Shown piece after piece: positions 27,313 through 42,320 of a stretch of DNA of 64,000 bases. Under the pieces are notes generated by a model that had not been told where the DNA came from, searched no databases, and saw nothing but the letters and a program-made list of their open reading frames with translations. The translations under genes and the position numbers were made by a program. The DNA comes from Octopus vulgaris (taxonomy: Eukaryota), in assembly GCA_951406725.2 (NCBI GenBank), contig OX597814.1, positions 213,218,001 to 213,282,000 of the forward strand. Reading direction: 5' to 3'. How positions within the stretch are numbered: the first letter of the stretch is position 1; every line of letters starts with the position of its first letter.

Positions 27313-27673
27313 TGGAGGCGCAATGGCCCAGTGGTTAGGGCAGCGGACTCGCCGGCGTAGGATCGCGGTTTCGATTCCCAGACCGGGCGTTGTGAGTGTT
27401 TATTGAGCGAAAACACCTAAAAGCTCCACGAGGCTCCGGCAGGGGATGGTGGTGATCCCTGCTGTACTCTTTCACCAGAACTTTCTCTCACTCTTACTTC
27501 CTGTTTCTGTTGTACCTGTATTTCAAAGGGCCGGCCTTGTCACTCTCTGTGTCACGTTAAGGGTACACGTGTCTGTGGAGTGCTCAGCCACTTACACGTT
27601 AATTTCATGAGCAGGCTGTTCCGTTGATCGGATCAACCGGAACCCTCGTCGTCGTAACCGACGGAGTGCTTCC
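27313..27673 (+). mobile_element. SINE family B with 13-bp TSD and short internal deletion
   Basis: TSD tatttgatgttga at 27299-27311 and 27682-27694. Confidence 0.94.
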
Positions 27674-27905
27674 TCTCCTTTTATTTGATGTTGATGCTAT
27701 TGTTCATTTTGTTGCCTTCATTGATGTTGTCGTCGTTGTTGTTGCCTCTGTTCCAAATGCGGTTGTTTAAACTGTGGTTAAAATATCCAGATGGGTCTAT
27801 TAAAAATATACAATTGTACAGCAAACAATTTCACTGACATGTTACTTTCAAACTTTGACGCTTACATTTTTATGCAGCGGTAACAGTTTTGATGGTGCTG
27901 GTGGA

Positions 27906-27926
27906 AGTAGTAGTATTAGTAGCAGC

Positions 27927-28002
<76 letters not shown>

Positions 28003-28190
28003 ATAGTAGAAATTCACCTGCATTCAGTCGTTGTTTGAAATCATGTAGTTGGTGTTTTTTCTTATGGTCATAGTGAAGTCGGAGGCGGTGGCGGCGGCGG
28101 TGGTGGTGGTGGTGGTGGTGGCGTTCGCGCTGGTGGTCGTGGTGGTGGTGGCGTTCGCGCTGGTGGTCGTGGTCGTGATCGAGGTGGTGA
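27906..28190. repeat. (AGT)n tract and nearby (GGT)n-rich tract
   Basis: Directly visible; source of the poly-Ser ORF. Confidence 0.92.
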
Positions 28191-29774
28191 GGACGGCAAT
28201 GGGTTAGGGCTAGAAGTATTCAAAGGGCTGCTTCGTGAATAGAGCTGAACTGAAGAAGCCCAATATATAACACATAAGATCTTCCTTCCCTTATATGGAC
28301 CGTTGATTCAAATACAGTGTAACCGTGACTTTAGGTTTTATAATTATACAGTTTCTCCAGCTGATATACAATTGATTATAAAAGAGCTTCCAGTGAACTA
28401 AATCTGTGATAGGTAAGACTCTTGTCCCTCACCGTATTGTTCAATTATTCGTTCAACCTCCCCAAACTGCAGCTGGCTAATTTGTGAACGGGAATTTCGG
28501 GACGTTAAACGAATTTGTGAGTGTTAATTTAGCCGGTATATTTCATCACGGAATACAAAAAAAGTTTGATATATTTGAAATTTAAGGTAACGAATTCATT
28601 CTTAGTGGAAGTGGTTTATGTTAAATATATACTTTTCGTCTTTCTATATTAATATAGATGTCCCTTTTATATTGACTAGGTGTATCAGGCACATCCTAGA
28701 CCACGGCTCCGAAAGATCACCTTACCAAATTCAATCAGTATTCCTAGGACGTGCGCCTCTACACTTTCTCTTCAACTTACTCTTATTGCATATTCTCATC
28801 AGTGGCTGACCATTCCTTTTTTCTCCATTTCATCACGATATTGGGGACGAGAAGAGGGATGATAGTTTTATATATTACAATTATATTTCACATAGAGCCC
28901 TTTTATAATCTATTATATATAAGAAATGTTAAAACTAAATTAGCCAATGCTACTTGAATTAATGACATACACAAGGATTGGAAGATTCCCATGTCGTATT
29001 CACTAAGCTTCTTCAATGCATCTCCGTTCTTAATCATACCAAACCTTTCTTTACCGGAAAGTTGACCCTATATAGATGCCTCTATACCCATGATTTTTCC
29101 TATATCCTAAATTTCCAGTTGTTCGCCCCACAGAAATTCAACTATACCATGCACACTTATTTCAATGAACATGCGAATGCCCTGAGCACGGCGCATTCCT
29201 CCAAATCAGGCCAAGGAAAAAAGGCGGTTAAGCAACCATTTATATGATAATTACCTGTTATCACAATTGATAAAAAATAGGCGTAATTCAATGTACAGTC
29301 CGAATCGTTGATGGCTGACTAGAGAGGTTACCTGATGAATGAACAATTCAGAGAAGAGAAATTCGTTTGCATTCAATCATTGTTTGAAATCATCATGAAA
29401 TATTGTACATAATTTAACTCAAAATAGACAATGTAGATTGAACATTAAGCTTCTAGGAAGAGATCACAGCGTAAAATTGGAGAGGTTGATGCTTTGTTGG
29501 GTTACTATGTTATGTACAAGATCGGAGACATAAATCAAGAGGGTAGCCAGGAAAGTTCTACCGTTGAATCACTTCTTGAAGCTCCGATAGGGTTACCAAA
29601 CTAGCTACCACTAGTATTTTGTGAGGTGAAGTATTTACATACTATATTGATATTTAGCTTTAAGAAAAAATATTTGATGAAGGATGGTGTGATAAAGAGA
29701 GATAAAAAAATAAATAGGTATTATTTTTTCCTAAAGTAATTAAACACACACACATACACACACAAAGAGAGTGA

Positions 29775-29945
29775 TGTGAAAGCACGTGACCTAGTGGTTA
29801 GGGTGTTTTACGAATGATCGCGAGATCGTATGTTCGATCCCCCTACCGAGCGGTGCGTCATGCTCTTGAGCAAAACACTTCATTTCACGTTGCTCCAATC
29901 CATTGAGCTGTAAATGGGTAACCCTACGACAGAATAACCTTCTGA
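29775..29945 (+). mobile_element. SINE family D (CORE-like), diverged
   Basis: tagtggttagggtg...gttcgatccc...tgctcttgagcaaaacacttcatttcacgttgctcca; homologous to 62635-62885. Confidence 0.75.
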
Positions 29946-30702
29946 TCATGGAGAATGTTTGCTTGCTTGTGTAATCATTTGAAAGCTAAAACTATGCAAA
30001 CTGCATTGTGATCACGGATGAATACCGTGATATGGTGTGATACGGAGGCATGTATTTTGCTGCATATGGAAAATATTTATATCTTTAGATCAATTTAGTG
30101 CATTAAATCGCCACTAGCCCTTGACCGGTAATGATCCTAACAAACTGGAGGATGCAAAACAAAATTGATCTAGCTAGATTTAAACGTGAACGTGTTTGCC
30201 ATAATATTTGGAGTTACAATAGAGGAAATAATGTAGTCATTTGAAATGCCTTGTAATTTATTTCTATTTCATATGTTGATCTCCGTGGGAACTCGAGAAA
30301 TGGTAATATTGAATAAAAATTATATAACGGTTTAACTTGCCACCTGATCACATTTCTATTAAGATTGCTCGTAGATATGCGTCAGAGATTCCAATAAGTG
30401 ATCAAGAAAAGACTAAAACACCAAAGTTTTGATTGGTTACGTCATAAATACATTTGCTATCTAAATTATGTTTAGAGATGCAATAGTTGTTTATAAGAAG
30501 TAAATGTAGGTTTCACTGAATTCTAGTTCCAAATATATATCAAAATTTATTTCTAATAAAATGTTATATCTATAGAAAATTGTGAATGAAAATACTTATA
30601 AAATAGAAAACCAACTGGATAATGGCATACAGGCATATGTGTAGTTTCTATAGACTTTGGAATATTCAAAGTAGCAACAAAATTTGAAGTATACTTTTTT
30701 TT

Positions 30703-31750
30703 AAGCGCAGGAAAGTACACTTCCAGAAGGAGGGAAAAGGATATAAAACCAGGCCTACAAATAAAATATACGAGATAGACGAAAGACGGAAGGGATACTG
30801 GGAGGTGGCCACGGATTTGGAAAGACAAGTAATATTTCCACTAATAAAAACGACGAAAAGTCCAGATATAATCCTATGGAACAGAGAACTGAAAATAGGA
30901 ATTTTGCTAGAACTGACAGTGTCATGGGCAGAGAACATCGGCAATGCAGAGGAGCGAAAGGAGAAGAGGTACGAAAAACTAATCGAAGAATGTAGAGAAC
31001 AGGGATGGAATGTCGAGTATTACCACCTTGCAGTGGCGGCTAGAGGCTTCATTGAAAGAAAAATGACAACGCTATTCAAAAGGAGACTTGTTTTTTCTAG
31101 CTCGGTGCTGAGAAAACTAAGGAGAGTACAGGAGGCGGTCGAAAAAGCCAGCTTCTATATACGGCTGAAGCAGGAAGACCAAAAATGGCTTGAAAGTCAT
31201 AACAAGCCGACAGAAAATAACATCACTAGGTGAGACAAGCTGACACAGAATTAGCTTCGTTGATTGACAGGTGACGGTCGTTTAGAGAATACGTGGGCTA
31301 AGACTACGCGCCTTCATTGGTGAGTTAAATTTAAGACAGTGTCAGGCGACAACTTGCTGGGGCTGCCTGCTGGAGCCTAGCAGCAGGTATTTAAGGGGAA
31401 AATTTTGACAAGAAAGTCAGTCGCCCGCTGACACTCGTTGACGCTACATCGAAGAGGCCAGGGAACAGAAGAAAGAAGGCATGCACCCACAACCAGAGCT
31501 GAAGACACCTCCGAAGGGGGGTGCACCACGTCAAAACGGTAGAGGAGTAGGGGCCGAAACCGGACGTGGTTCCTCCTGATGATGTTTTGAGCTAACTGGA
31601 TCCTATAAAGGAGCTGTTGTGGTAGCAGACCACGAAACACGGTTGAAATTCTTGTTCAAATGTTTTACCTTACATGATGTATTACATATTGTTTTCAACA
31701 TGTTATATTGTAAGCAAGCATCTTTATTAAGATTTTCCTTATATTAATAG
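30703..31750 (+). mobile_element. HERO-like RLE non-LTR retrotransposon, 5'-truncated (endonuclease domain plus about 500-bp putative 3'UTR)
   Basis: Open frame 30703-31233: VHFQKEG...WEVATDLERQVIFP..TTKSPDIILW...LELTVSWAEN...ERKEKRY..L.EEC...GW...ARGF...EKASFY. Confidence 0.85.
31531..31646 (+). ncRNA. candidate type III hammerhead downstream of the HERO-like ORF
   Basis: GTA 31539-41; stem I gagga/tcctc; CTGATGA 31576-82; long stem II hairpin (gcta/tagc, tcct-ataa-agga); GAAAC 31634-38; imperfect stem III with tcaaaacggt. Confidence 0.5.
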
Positions 31751-31754
31751 ATAA

Positions 31755-32152
31755 GTGGCTGTAGCTTTGCTAACCAACCACATGGTTCCGGGTTCAGTCC
31801 CACTGCGTGGCATCTTGGGCAAGTGTCTTCTGCTATAGCCCCGGGCCGACCAATGCCTTGTGAGTGGATTTGGTAGACGGAAACTGAAATAAGCCTGTCG
31901 TATATATGTATATGTATATATATGTATGTGTGTGTTTGTGTGTCTGTGTTTGTCCCCCAAGCATTGCTTGACAACCGATGCTGGTGTGTTTACATCCCCA
32001 TCACTTAGCGGTTCGGCAAAAGAGACCGATAGAATAAGTGCTGGGCTTACAAAGAATAAGTCCCGGGGTCGATTTGCTCGACTAAAGGCGGTGCTCCAGC
32101 ATGGCCGCAGTCAAATGACTGAAACAAGTAAAAGAGTAAAAGAGTAAAAGAG
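31755..32152 (+). mobile_element. SINE family C
   Basis: Matches the other copies; (gtaaaaga)n tail. Confidence 0.92.
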
Positions 32153-33340
32153 TAAGTAGTTCACTAACTTCTATGACAATTGTAACAATATTGATAATTA
32201 TTTCTTAATTTGACATAAGGTATCGAATGTGAAAAGGTGTGTAGATTGAGCAAACAAGTTATATGTATGGGTGCGAGTATATGGGTGCACGCACGCGTGT
32301 GAGGTGGTTCTTTGTTTTATGTTGCTGTTGCTGTAGGTGACTCTTAAATCATTCCCCCACCCCACTGCAGCTTGCAGATATTCTCGTGTCTCTTGCTTAC
32401 CTTCTCACAATGAATACGAGATTTTTCCGACGACTCCAGAGATGTGATCAGACCCTCTGCAGAATAAACAACTTCCTTAATTTGTTGTTGCTGTTTTTGT
32501 ATTGCCAAGCCCTAACCGAAAGTTCGTAAATTGTATTTAATGCCGAAAGTATAATACCTTTCATTCCTGCAGTGGATGCTTAGTCATAAAGCTTTCATTT
32601 TAACACCCACTTTGTTAGGTTATTGGCAATTATATGTTCATGGGTGATCCTATACTACCCTTCGTCGAGACTGACCCTTTATCCATATTGTCACGATAAG
32701 CCAGGGCCTATACCGTCATTCATGTCATTGAATATGACTCTGATGTTTTTCATCCCCAAATATTATGGCATTAATTTATGGGCAAGAATATCTCTTACTA
32801 TTTTGTCTAGCGCTTTCACAGTATCTTCTGGTGTAGAAGTGATGCAAAATATGCAATACGCTTTAAAGAGACGAACACATTTCTAATGACCACTACACAT
32901 CATGTATACGCCTCTTTCGCATCTCCCATATCAATAAATATGATAATATTTAAGAGGCTAGCACTCATCTTATAATCAAAGAATTGATATCTTTGATTCA
33001 TGCAGTAAAACCTTTCATGTCTTTTCAAGAGTTTTTGTTTGAAAGTATTCTGTGGAAGATGGTGTTTGCTTAGTATTCACCACGCTTTCATTGGATTAAA
33101 TAGTTGTAATAGTATTGCTGACGTTGTCTTTGTCAACGTGTTGAGCTGATTACGTTTTTTCTTTCTTTTTTTTATTTCAATATAATTTTCTTTTGTCTCA
33201 TTCTAACAACACAGGCACGCCTACAGATTGTGCCCATAGCTCGGAGGTAAGAAGCTCAACTATCTCTCTACTGTTACCTTCTGCTCATCACCGAGCACAC
33301 TGGGATCAAACTTTGCACAAATTATACGTATGTTCAGATA

Positions 33341-33852
33341 TCTATATATATAAAACTGTAGTTGTGTGAGTGTCTGTCCCCTTCGATTTAGATTCCTAAC
33401 TACTCCCACATTTTGCGGTGCAGTTTAACCAAATTCGGGTATCTTATAGTCGTGATTCATATCAAGCCCGTCTGAGTATTAGCGCGCGTCTACGATGAGT
33501 CTACGATTTTAAAAATAATTTAACATCATTTTTTATTCCATTTTAATGCATAATTTTTCGTGTGTCGATGGCGGCGGAGTTGGCGTCCATGGTCACACCT
33601 GCACCTGTTTGCTTCTCCCCCTTCTCCCTCCCTCGTGAAGCTGTGGGGAAGGGAGTGTAAGGAAATCAACGTCGTAAAGCGTTGTCAAGGAGACCAGCGT
33701 TCTTTTAGAACAACGACTTCATGGCTTGAAGACACCAAAACAGAAATGACTAAGAAAGCCCGAATTGGCATCTATAAGGGAAGTAACTCTCTAAAAATAC
33801 TTATATAGTTATTTCCCTTACAAACCTGAGCAACGCCGGGCGTTACTGCTAG
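33341..33852 (+). mobile_element. non-autonomous Helitron
   Basis: A|TCtatatatataaaa 5' end, subterminal hairpin cctgagcaacgccggg, CTAG|T 3' end, no TSD. Confidence 0.88.
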
Positions 33853-34653
33853 TTCATAAATAATTCTGTGTATGTTTTCCACACCGACTCCTAACTGTAC
33901 TCCATGCAGGAAATTGCAAACTTTCTCAACCAGCTCTGATGGTCTGACGTCACTCTTCCTCCTACACCACTCGTCGTCTCTCAACTTTCCTTGAACTTCT
34001 TGTGTCAGCGAAGAGACGCTCGGCTCATAGTAGTTAGTCCATAAATAGTCTGTAGTATATTACGTTCCTGCTGAGTTTTTACCCAGTTAACGCAAAACGT
34101 TATTAAATAGCTAACTTCCAAATTCTGTTCATATCTCGACAACCTAGCCGAACTGTGAAAAGCAGTGTTCAATAGTGTGTTTAAAAGGCTATAACATTGG
34201 CTTCCTTCAATCTTAGGTAAAATTTGGTAGGTTTGCTTATTAGGTGTATAACAATGATATAGGAAAACTTACAGTAATGTAGAACAGTTATAACTGCCGC
34301 TCCTAAAATTCTCGAACCTTTTGGAATACACCTCGTCATACATCATACATCAATAGGCCTAGATAAAAGGTTATAAAGTTTTCAAATGGTGTTCTGTTGC
34401 ATTATCTTTCTTCAGTATCGAGCTTATTTTGATTGACGCTGAAACAAGGTAACTTTTGTTTCGATATATATTTATCTCTTCAGTATGATACCCTTAAGTG
34501 CCTAACCGAGGTTGCTTGTTATTCTTTGGTTGCCTGTTTTCATTTTATTATAACTTTATTTTTTTCATTATCCTTTTTTTTTATATAGGTTCATTTTTAC
34601 TCTATCCTGTGATAAATGTCAGCTAACATAGCGATTTATGTCACTGAAAGAGT

Positions 34654-34699
<46 letters not shown>

Positions 34700-35933
34700 A
34701 TCAGGTTTTCAAATTATGAACTTGCACGTTTTCTTTCTGTAGGGGAAGGGGAAAAAGAACAACTTCTGAAATAATTATGAGGTTTGATCTATGAGCTGCA
34801 CACTTAACAGTAGATTTGCCTTTCATCTTTGCGAGGTTTATAAAATATAACGCCTGTCTTGCACTGGAAGCGACACTATAAGCTGTGCTCCTCTCTGCAA
34901 ATTTCCGCTTTTGTGTCAAAGTAATATATTTTAATGGTACTACCTCACTATATTTAATTTACTGAAACTGAATTCCGTATGAACAAGTTCTCCAAGGATT
35001 AATCATATGCTGTGGAATAAACTTCAAAATACAAAAACAAAGACATCGAATCAGTAATAGTAATTTGATGAGCTTCCACTGTTGCCCTGAAAAAACAAAT
35101 GGAATCGAGTCTGTAAAGTTACGGTTTATTCTAAATTCATTTTCCCTTGTGCCACTTCATAAAAACGAACTATCCAATAACTTTTAATGCTCTGGGAGGT
35201 TTCGAAGGATCCATCATCTATTTTATAAATCTATTTAGAACAACAAAGATGAAAGAAATAATCGACAGCCATATATGTAGCAGCAAATAGTACTTAATCA
35301 TATCTGGAATTTAGAGAATACAGGAAAACGGTCTAACTTTTATTTCATCGTTATATTCTATACGATAAAACAGAAGCAATGGGGTTAAATGGCAAAAAGA
35401 GGAATAGCATTTTGAAATGATTGCTTGAATACTAAATGAAAGTAGCCAGCATAATAAATGCCAGTTCCAGGAGGGAATTAATCAAGTGTTTTTTTATATG
35501 AGATTGTTTTTGATATCTAATCAAAAGGCTCTAATGAATACTATTCATGAATGATCAATTGCAATCAACTGTTGGGCGGCATGCATTTGTGATGGCGTGA
35601 TCTAAAAATTAGTAAATTCCCATCATAAAAAAAAGACAACTTAAAATTGATCTTCAATCTCAGCTAGTATGCATTACAGCTTCAACAAATTATTTCATAT
35701 TAATTCTCAATACAATGTTATTTTTACAATATGAATATTCTACTAAAAGCAATAAACTCTTAGCAAGAAAGGTAAAAATAGAATTGCAATGAAAAATAGT
35801 GCAAAATATATCCGTTTTTCTTTTCTACAAAGCATTATGCTTCTTGTGGCTGGTATTACAAATATAAATTTCGATATTAAGCTGTTAATGTAATAACTGT
35901 GATACACACACACACAAACACACATACACACAC

Positions 35934-35974
<41 letters not shown>

Positions 35975-36083
35975 ATGATATACATATATATCATATGATA
36001 TGATATATATATAAAAAATGTAATATATAAATAAATATCTGTAAATATAAACCATCCGATCTTCTGATTACCTCATTTCTTCT

Positions 36084-36143
<60 letters not shown>

Positions 36144-36423
36144 TGTATATGTGTACATATATACATGTATATCTATATACATGTCTATATAAACATTCAT
36201 ACATACATATATAAATATATATATATAAGCACATGAACACTCCATACATGTGTATATATCATATGTGCGAACATGTGTATAAACATATTTACATTGCGAA
36301 AATATTTAGTTATTTAATATGTATTTCCAAAATGTGCAGCATTGTTTAATATGATACAATTCGTTATATATGTCTCTGTGTGTATGCGTATGTATACGTA
36401 CACACACAGATATATGTATATAT

Positions 36424-36465
<42 letters not shown>

Positions 36466-36699
36466 ACACACATACATATTTATATAGTCACATATATGTG
36501 CATACATCAATGCTTGTATGTGTGTGAAAACATTTTTGAGTAAATACATTTAAGAATCGAAAAAAAATTAAATTAGATATTTCAATATTTTGTTTCAGAA
36601 AAAGTTAATAGAACTGTACGTATGTATGTGTGTATATCAAGCTTCAAAATATCTACCTTTATGTATATACATGTATGTAAGTATATATATATATATATA

Positions 36700-37221
36700 G
36701 CGTAAATCCTCGAGGATAATCCGCATTTTTTTCCAAAAATTTAAAGGTCAAAAACCATAGTGCGTACTATATACGAGGTAAAAAAATGAAAAATACTTTC
36801 TAGGTAATGTCCGAGTCTCTATTTTCTGTCCGGCAATGTTTATTCAGACGTATTTTCTGATGTCAGGCACGAAAATACCTTAAGCTAAGCCTGAAAGCAA
36901 TGAAGTCATAAAAGAATCATCCATAACTTGCAGTAAGCAACATTTATTAAACGTTATTACTGTTATTACTATTATTTCTTTATTTTCTGCAAACAAAATG
37001 CACAAAATAGCTACACGTTTACATTATGTTATATATACAATAATAATAAAGGACGTTACCCTATACGTTTTTACAAACCCAGGACGTTATATAGACTGCC
37101 TTGACTCAAGTTAGAGAAGGGGCGCGTATTATACACAAGGTTTTGGTTTTTCAGAGGTACAAGCCCCAAAAAATCCCCTGCGCATTATACTCATGGGCGG
37201 AGTATACTCGAGGATTTACGG
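36700..37221. mobile_element. pogo/Tigger-like non-autonomous DNA transposon (MITE)
   Basis: TIRs (c)cgtaaatcctcgag(g/t)ata(a/c)tccgc at both ends, TA on both sides, subterminal tgcg.a.tata.ac repeats. Confidence 0.88.
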
Positions 37222-37227
37222 TATATG

Positions 37228-37290
<63 letters not shown>

Positions 37291-37521
37291 TGAAACTGCA
37301 GTACAAGATGAGCTGAGTTTGTAAACGTTTTTGATTTTCATTTCATGAATTTATCCTCCTTTTCTGTATCTAGTACTTGCTTCTTCTTTTAGAGGCCTTT
37401 TAATGTACTTATATATGAATAACATTTAGTCAAATGACTAATTTGTCTTTTGTGCTAGATCACTAGTAATAATAATTTATTTTATTACCCTTTTTACTAT
37501 ATATATGTATATATATATACG

Positions 37522-37598
<77 letters not shown>

Positions 37599-37718
37599 TG
37601 TACATTTAAACACATAAGAGTTATCCGTAATAGGATTCCTGGCACGCTAGAAGGAACGGCCAAAATCCAAATCAGCGGTAGTGAACATTTCTAAAAGTTT
37701 TATTACCCTGATAATATT

Positions 37719-37777
<59 letters not shown>

Positions 37778-37778
<1 letters not shown>

Positions 37779-39045
37779 GAGGGGTACCCAAAAGTAACCA
37801 CAAACGTTTCCTGTGGGACAAGCCCACATTGTTCAGGTTCCCGCCGCTTGAAGCAACTTGGTCCGACCCTCAAGCATTAGTCTGCCGGCTGATGGCTTCT
37901 TGTGATGTTGTACTGCCACGTTGTGCGTCTTTGTTCGATTTTTGTGTTGGCTGAAACGAAGAAACAGCGTACTTCCGTGAAATTCTGTTTTCATCTGGGT
38001 AAAAAGCCGGTCGAAACAGCTCTCCTGCTTCACACAGCTTACAAGGACACTGCCACATGCAAAACACAAGTTTAACTGTAGTCTTCAAACCTTAATACAT
38101 TCCCACTTGTCGCTTCAAAGCCAACCTAGTCCAGGGAATCTGTTGACCTCCTGAGCGAGTGAAAACATCACGAAAATTTATGGACTGATCAAGCAGCACC
38201 ACCACCGAACAAATGGCAACCATGCTGATATGGCTGGTGTGTCTTGGAGCTCCTCCCAACGAATCCTGTGCCAGGAATTGCGAATGAAAAGAGTTGCAGT
38301 AAAATTTGTATCCCACTTGATCACGGAAGATCAAAAGCAGTAACATCTGAATGCATGTGAACTGAATGAACAGTTGGAAGTTGATCCGAACTTTTTTTTT
38401 TCGAAAGTCATCACTGGTGACGAAAGCTGGTACCAAGTCTACGATCCGGAAACGTAGCAGCAATGAGATCAATTGAAGCATTCAATATCACCACGCCCTC
38501 ATAAAGTCCATCAAGTAAAAGTCTAATGTCAAGACGGTGCTGATTTGTTTCAGCGATGCAAAAGGAATTGTCCACACAATATTTGTTCCTCCAGATCAAA
38601 CTGTTAACCAGAAATTTTACTTGGCAGTTCTGAAGCATTTGTGAGACGCGTTGAAACGAAAACAACCCGACCACTGGTAAAGCGGAGAGTGGTATTTTCA
38701 TCACGATAAAGCACCTTCGCACACCGCCTTGAGTGTGAGACATTTTTTTTTTTTACCAAAAATGGCATAACCCCGTTTACTAACCCACCCTATTCACTCG
38801 ATCTTGCTCGCTGCAACTTATTTTTGGTTCCCCTGAATGAAAAAGTCCTGAAAGAAAAATGCTTTGCAGATTTTGAAGAGGTGAAGAAAAATCGATTGAA
38901 GCCTTACAAGGCATCACTTCGCAAGACTTCTAGGACTGCTTCGAACAGTGGTAAAATGCAGCTGCACCGATGCATTACTTCAATTTGAGAATACTTTGAA
39001 GGTGATAAAAGTGTATAGAGATTAATCGAAATATAAATAATTAAA
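37778..39045 (+). mobile_element. decayed mariner transposon (transposase pseudogene about 37945-39010)
   Basis: TA|cgaggggtacccaaaagt left end; VKFCFHLGK, MKRVAVKFV, ITGDESW..YDPET, HHDKAPSHT, PPYSLDLARC, EYFEGD; many stops; right TIR not seen. Confidence 0.92.
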
Positions 39046-39409
39046 AAATGATTAATTTAGCAAGGTTTACCAAAATATTTAAATGTTGAACGGTATCTGT
39101 GGTTAGAGGAAAATATAACATCCGAGAACTTATTTAATGATGTAGGTTCATATCGACGAAGAATATTCATGGACTATCTAATACACAATTTACATAGACT
39201 CATAATTGCATCGTATAGGGGTGCTTCTGTTATAACTGACCAAGATAATGTGTATTGCATATTCTTTAGTTTACGTTCTTGTATATACAAGGCTAGCGTT
39301 GTAGAAGATTTATATTTTGTGTTAGTAAAAGAGATCAAATGGGCTCTATATCTACGTTTAAAGCCTACAGTGCTTCCTATATAAACTCTTACCTTCTGAG
39401 TAGCAGGGA

Positions 39410-39960
39410 TTACTACAGAACACTACGTGTTTAATTAAACTGTAACCGGCTAAGGGACGCGACTCCTTTATGTGACAATTACATGCCGCCACCACCTGCA
39501 TCAGTTTTACTTTTCCGGTTATTAGGGTTTAAGTCACCCCCGTCTGTGAGAGCGTAAAGTTTACGTTAGAGCTATTGTCAATTTTGGGGTTATAGAGGTC
39601 ATTATAAAAATTTGTGTAAGGCATATTTCTTAAGTCTGAGATTAGATCTATTGATGGAAGCTATGATCGAACCTAAATTCGGAGTAGTTGAGTACAACAA
39701 TTTCGCGGATAATTTATTAAAAATAGAATAATATTTATGATTTTTAAGAAACTTTTCCTTCAGTATCATCAAAATAAATTTTGTTGAAGATTTGACTTGG
39801 AGAGAGAAGGGCGGGGCAAACCATATAGTTTCACGTTTCGTAGATTTTGAGTTTCTGGTCTGATTAGATTGATTGTGAAAACAGGTTTTGTATTTATGTG
39901 AATTTCTAAATACCATGTTATTAATTCGAGCCTCATTCATACAATGTACTTTAATTGGTT
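39410..39960 (-). mobile_element. Penelope-like element ORF fragment (linker and Cys motif ahead of GIY-YIG)
   Basis: RETIWFAPPFS...HKYYSIFNK..AKLLYSTTPNLGSII, then ACNCHIKESRPLAGYSLIKHVVF (decayed CNCR..CPL.G.CL...VVY). Confidence 0.8.
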
Positions 39961-40319
39961 TACCTAAAGTAGGCAGTATCCAATTTTGGGAGTGAAAATA
40001 CCCTAAAAATCTATGGATGACTATACCCCTGAAATGGCCTTAAGATGATTACCACTAACATATTACCTAAACAGGATTACTTATTCTCTCGGATTATTTA
40101 CATATATTTTTTTCAAATATTCCAACCTCAACGCTACGATGTTATTTTATTCATTTTTCTGTAAGGGCATATTTTTATTCTTAATAATTTATACCACGCC
40201 GTTGTAACCTAATTTTACTCATCTACTTAAATATGTATATTAGATTTTTTTTTTTATATTTGTGTATTCATGAATGTTTAATGTGTTATATTATTGTAAC
40301 GATTGATATGCATTGATCT

Positions 40320-41237
<918 letters not shown>

Positions 41238-42214
41238 TGTGTGTGTGTCTCTATGTGCATATATTTATTTATGTATGTACGTAAATATATGCATATGTGT
41301 GTGTACATACATACATACAGAGAGACAGACAGACGGATAGTTAGCTAGAGATAGAGATTCATATGCACTCGTGCAACGACAAACTAATATATGACTTTGA
41401 ACCCAAAGCTCCAGTAAAGCGTATTACCCATATATTGCGCACTGCGTACTGTGGATTTTGCTCTGTGTCTGCTATCTGTGAAAAAGTGAGTCCTATTCAT
41501 CGATAAATGTTGTTTAAATTAAAAGATTTCCAGGAAATATCTGTCCATCAATGTGCCCAAACACACTAAGCAGTCCACAATTATTATAAGAGATAAGAAG
41601 CAGTCTTCCAGTTTACTGTATAGTTGCTAATCTATGCGCAGTATATAACAGTTCATATTTGGTTATGGTGATAATACTGATAAAGTTATAGTAGGTCAAC
41701 TTCAAACACCTACATTACTCTAACAACTATCTATGAGATTCGATATTGCATCTTTATATATCGTTTGTAAGCGACAATATTAACATACTCTTTTTCTTTT
41801 TCTTAATTTCAGCCCATACAAAGCATTGTGGTATAATGTCCGACATAACTAGGTTTTTATATTGATGAATTGGTTGTAAATATTACAAAAGATCCAGCAA
41901 TATATACTCTATATTTTTTATTTTAAATTCTGCTGCAGTCAATATTGTCTGTGGATAAAATGTATGCAAACCACGTACTGAGGTAGATGTAGTCATTGCT
42001 TCAGGACCCTTCCTGTGTACGCCAGATGTTTGGCCCTGTAATTGTATCATAAAGCAGCATTTTAAAACTTTCAGTTTAATGTTTTCGGCATTCAGAGCTT
42101 GATATAATTTTTATGCGTAAAGAGTAATTAAATCTATTTGAAAAAGCTGACCCTGAAAAAATAATCCTAATACAGGTATAGGGTCCGAAATTTGTTGGGG
42201 GGTCTTGATGATTA

Positions 42215-42320
42215 CCTCGACCACAGTACACAACTGGTACATATTTCCTCGATCTCGAAAGGATGAAGCGCAAAGTCAACCTCGGTACCATTTGAACTCT
42301 AAACGTACAGACGAGCCTGG
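42215..42320 (-). mobile_element. SINE family A fragment
   Basis: actggtac...tcgatctcgaaaggatgaagcgcaaagtcaacctcgg...tttgaactc. Confidence 0.7.

Noticed and set aside
27313-27390. tRNA gene-like sequences at SINE heads (also 49060, 62635, 10283)
   Set aside because: They continue into SINE bodies, some with TSDs, and do not form a complete cloverleaf.
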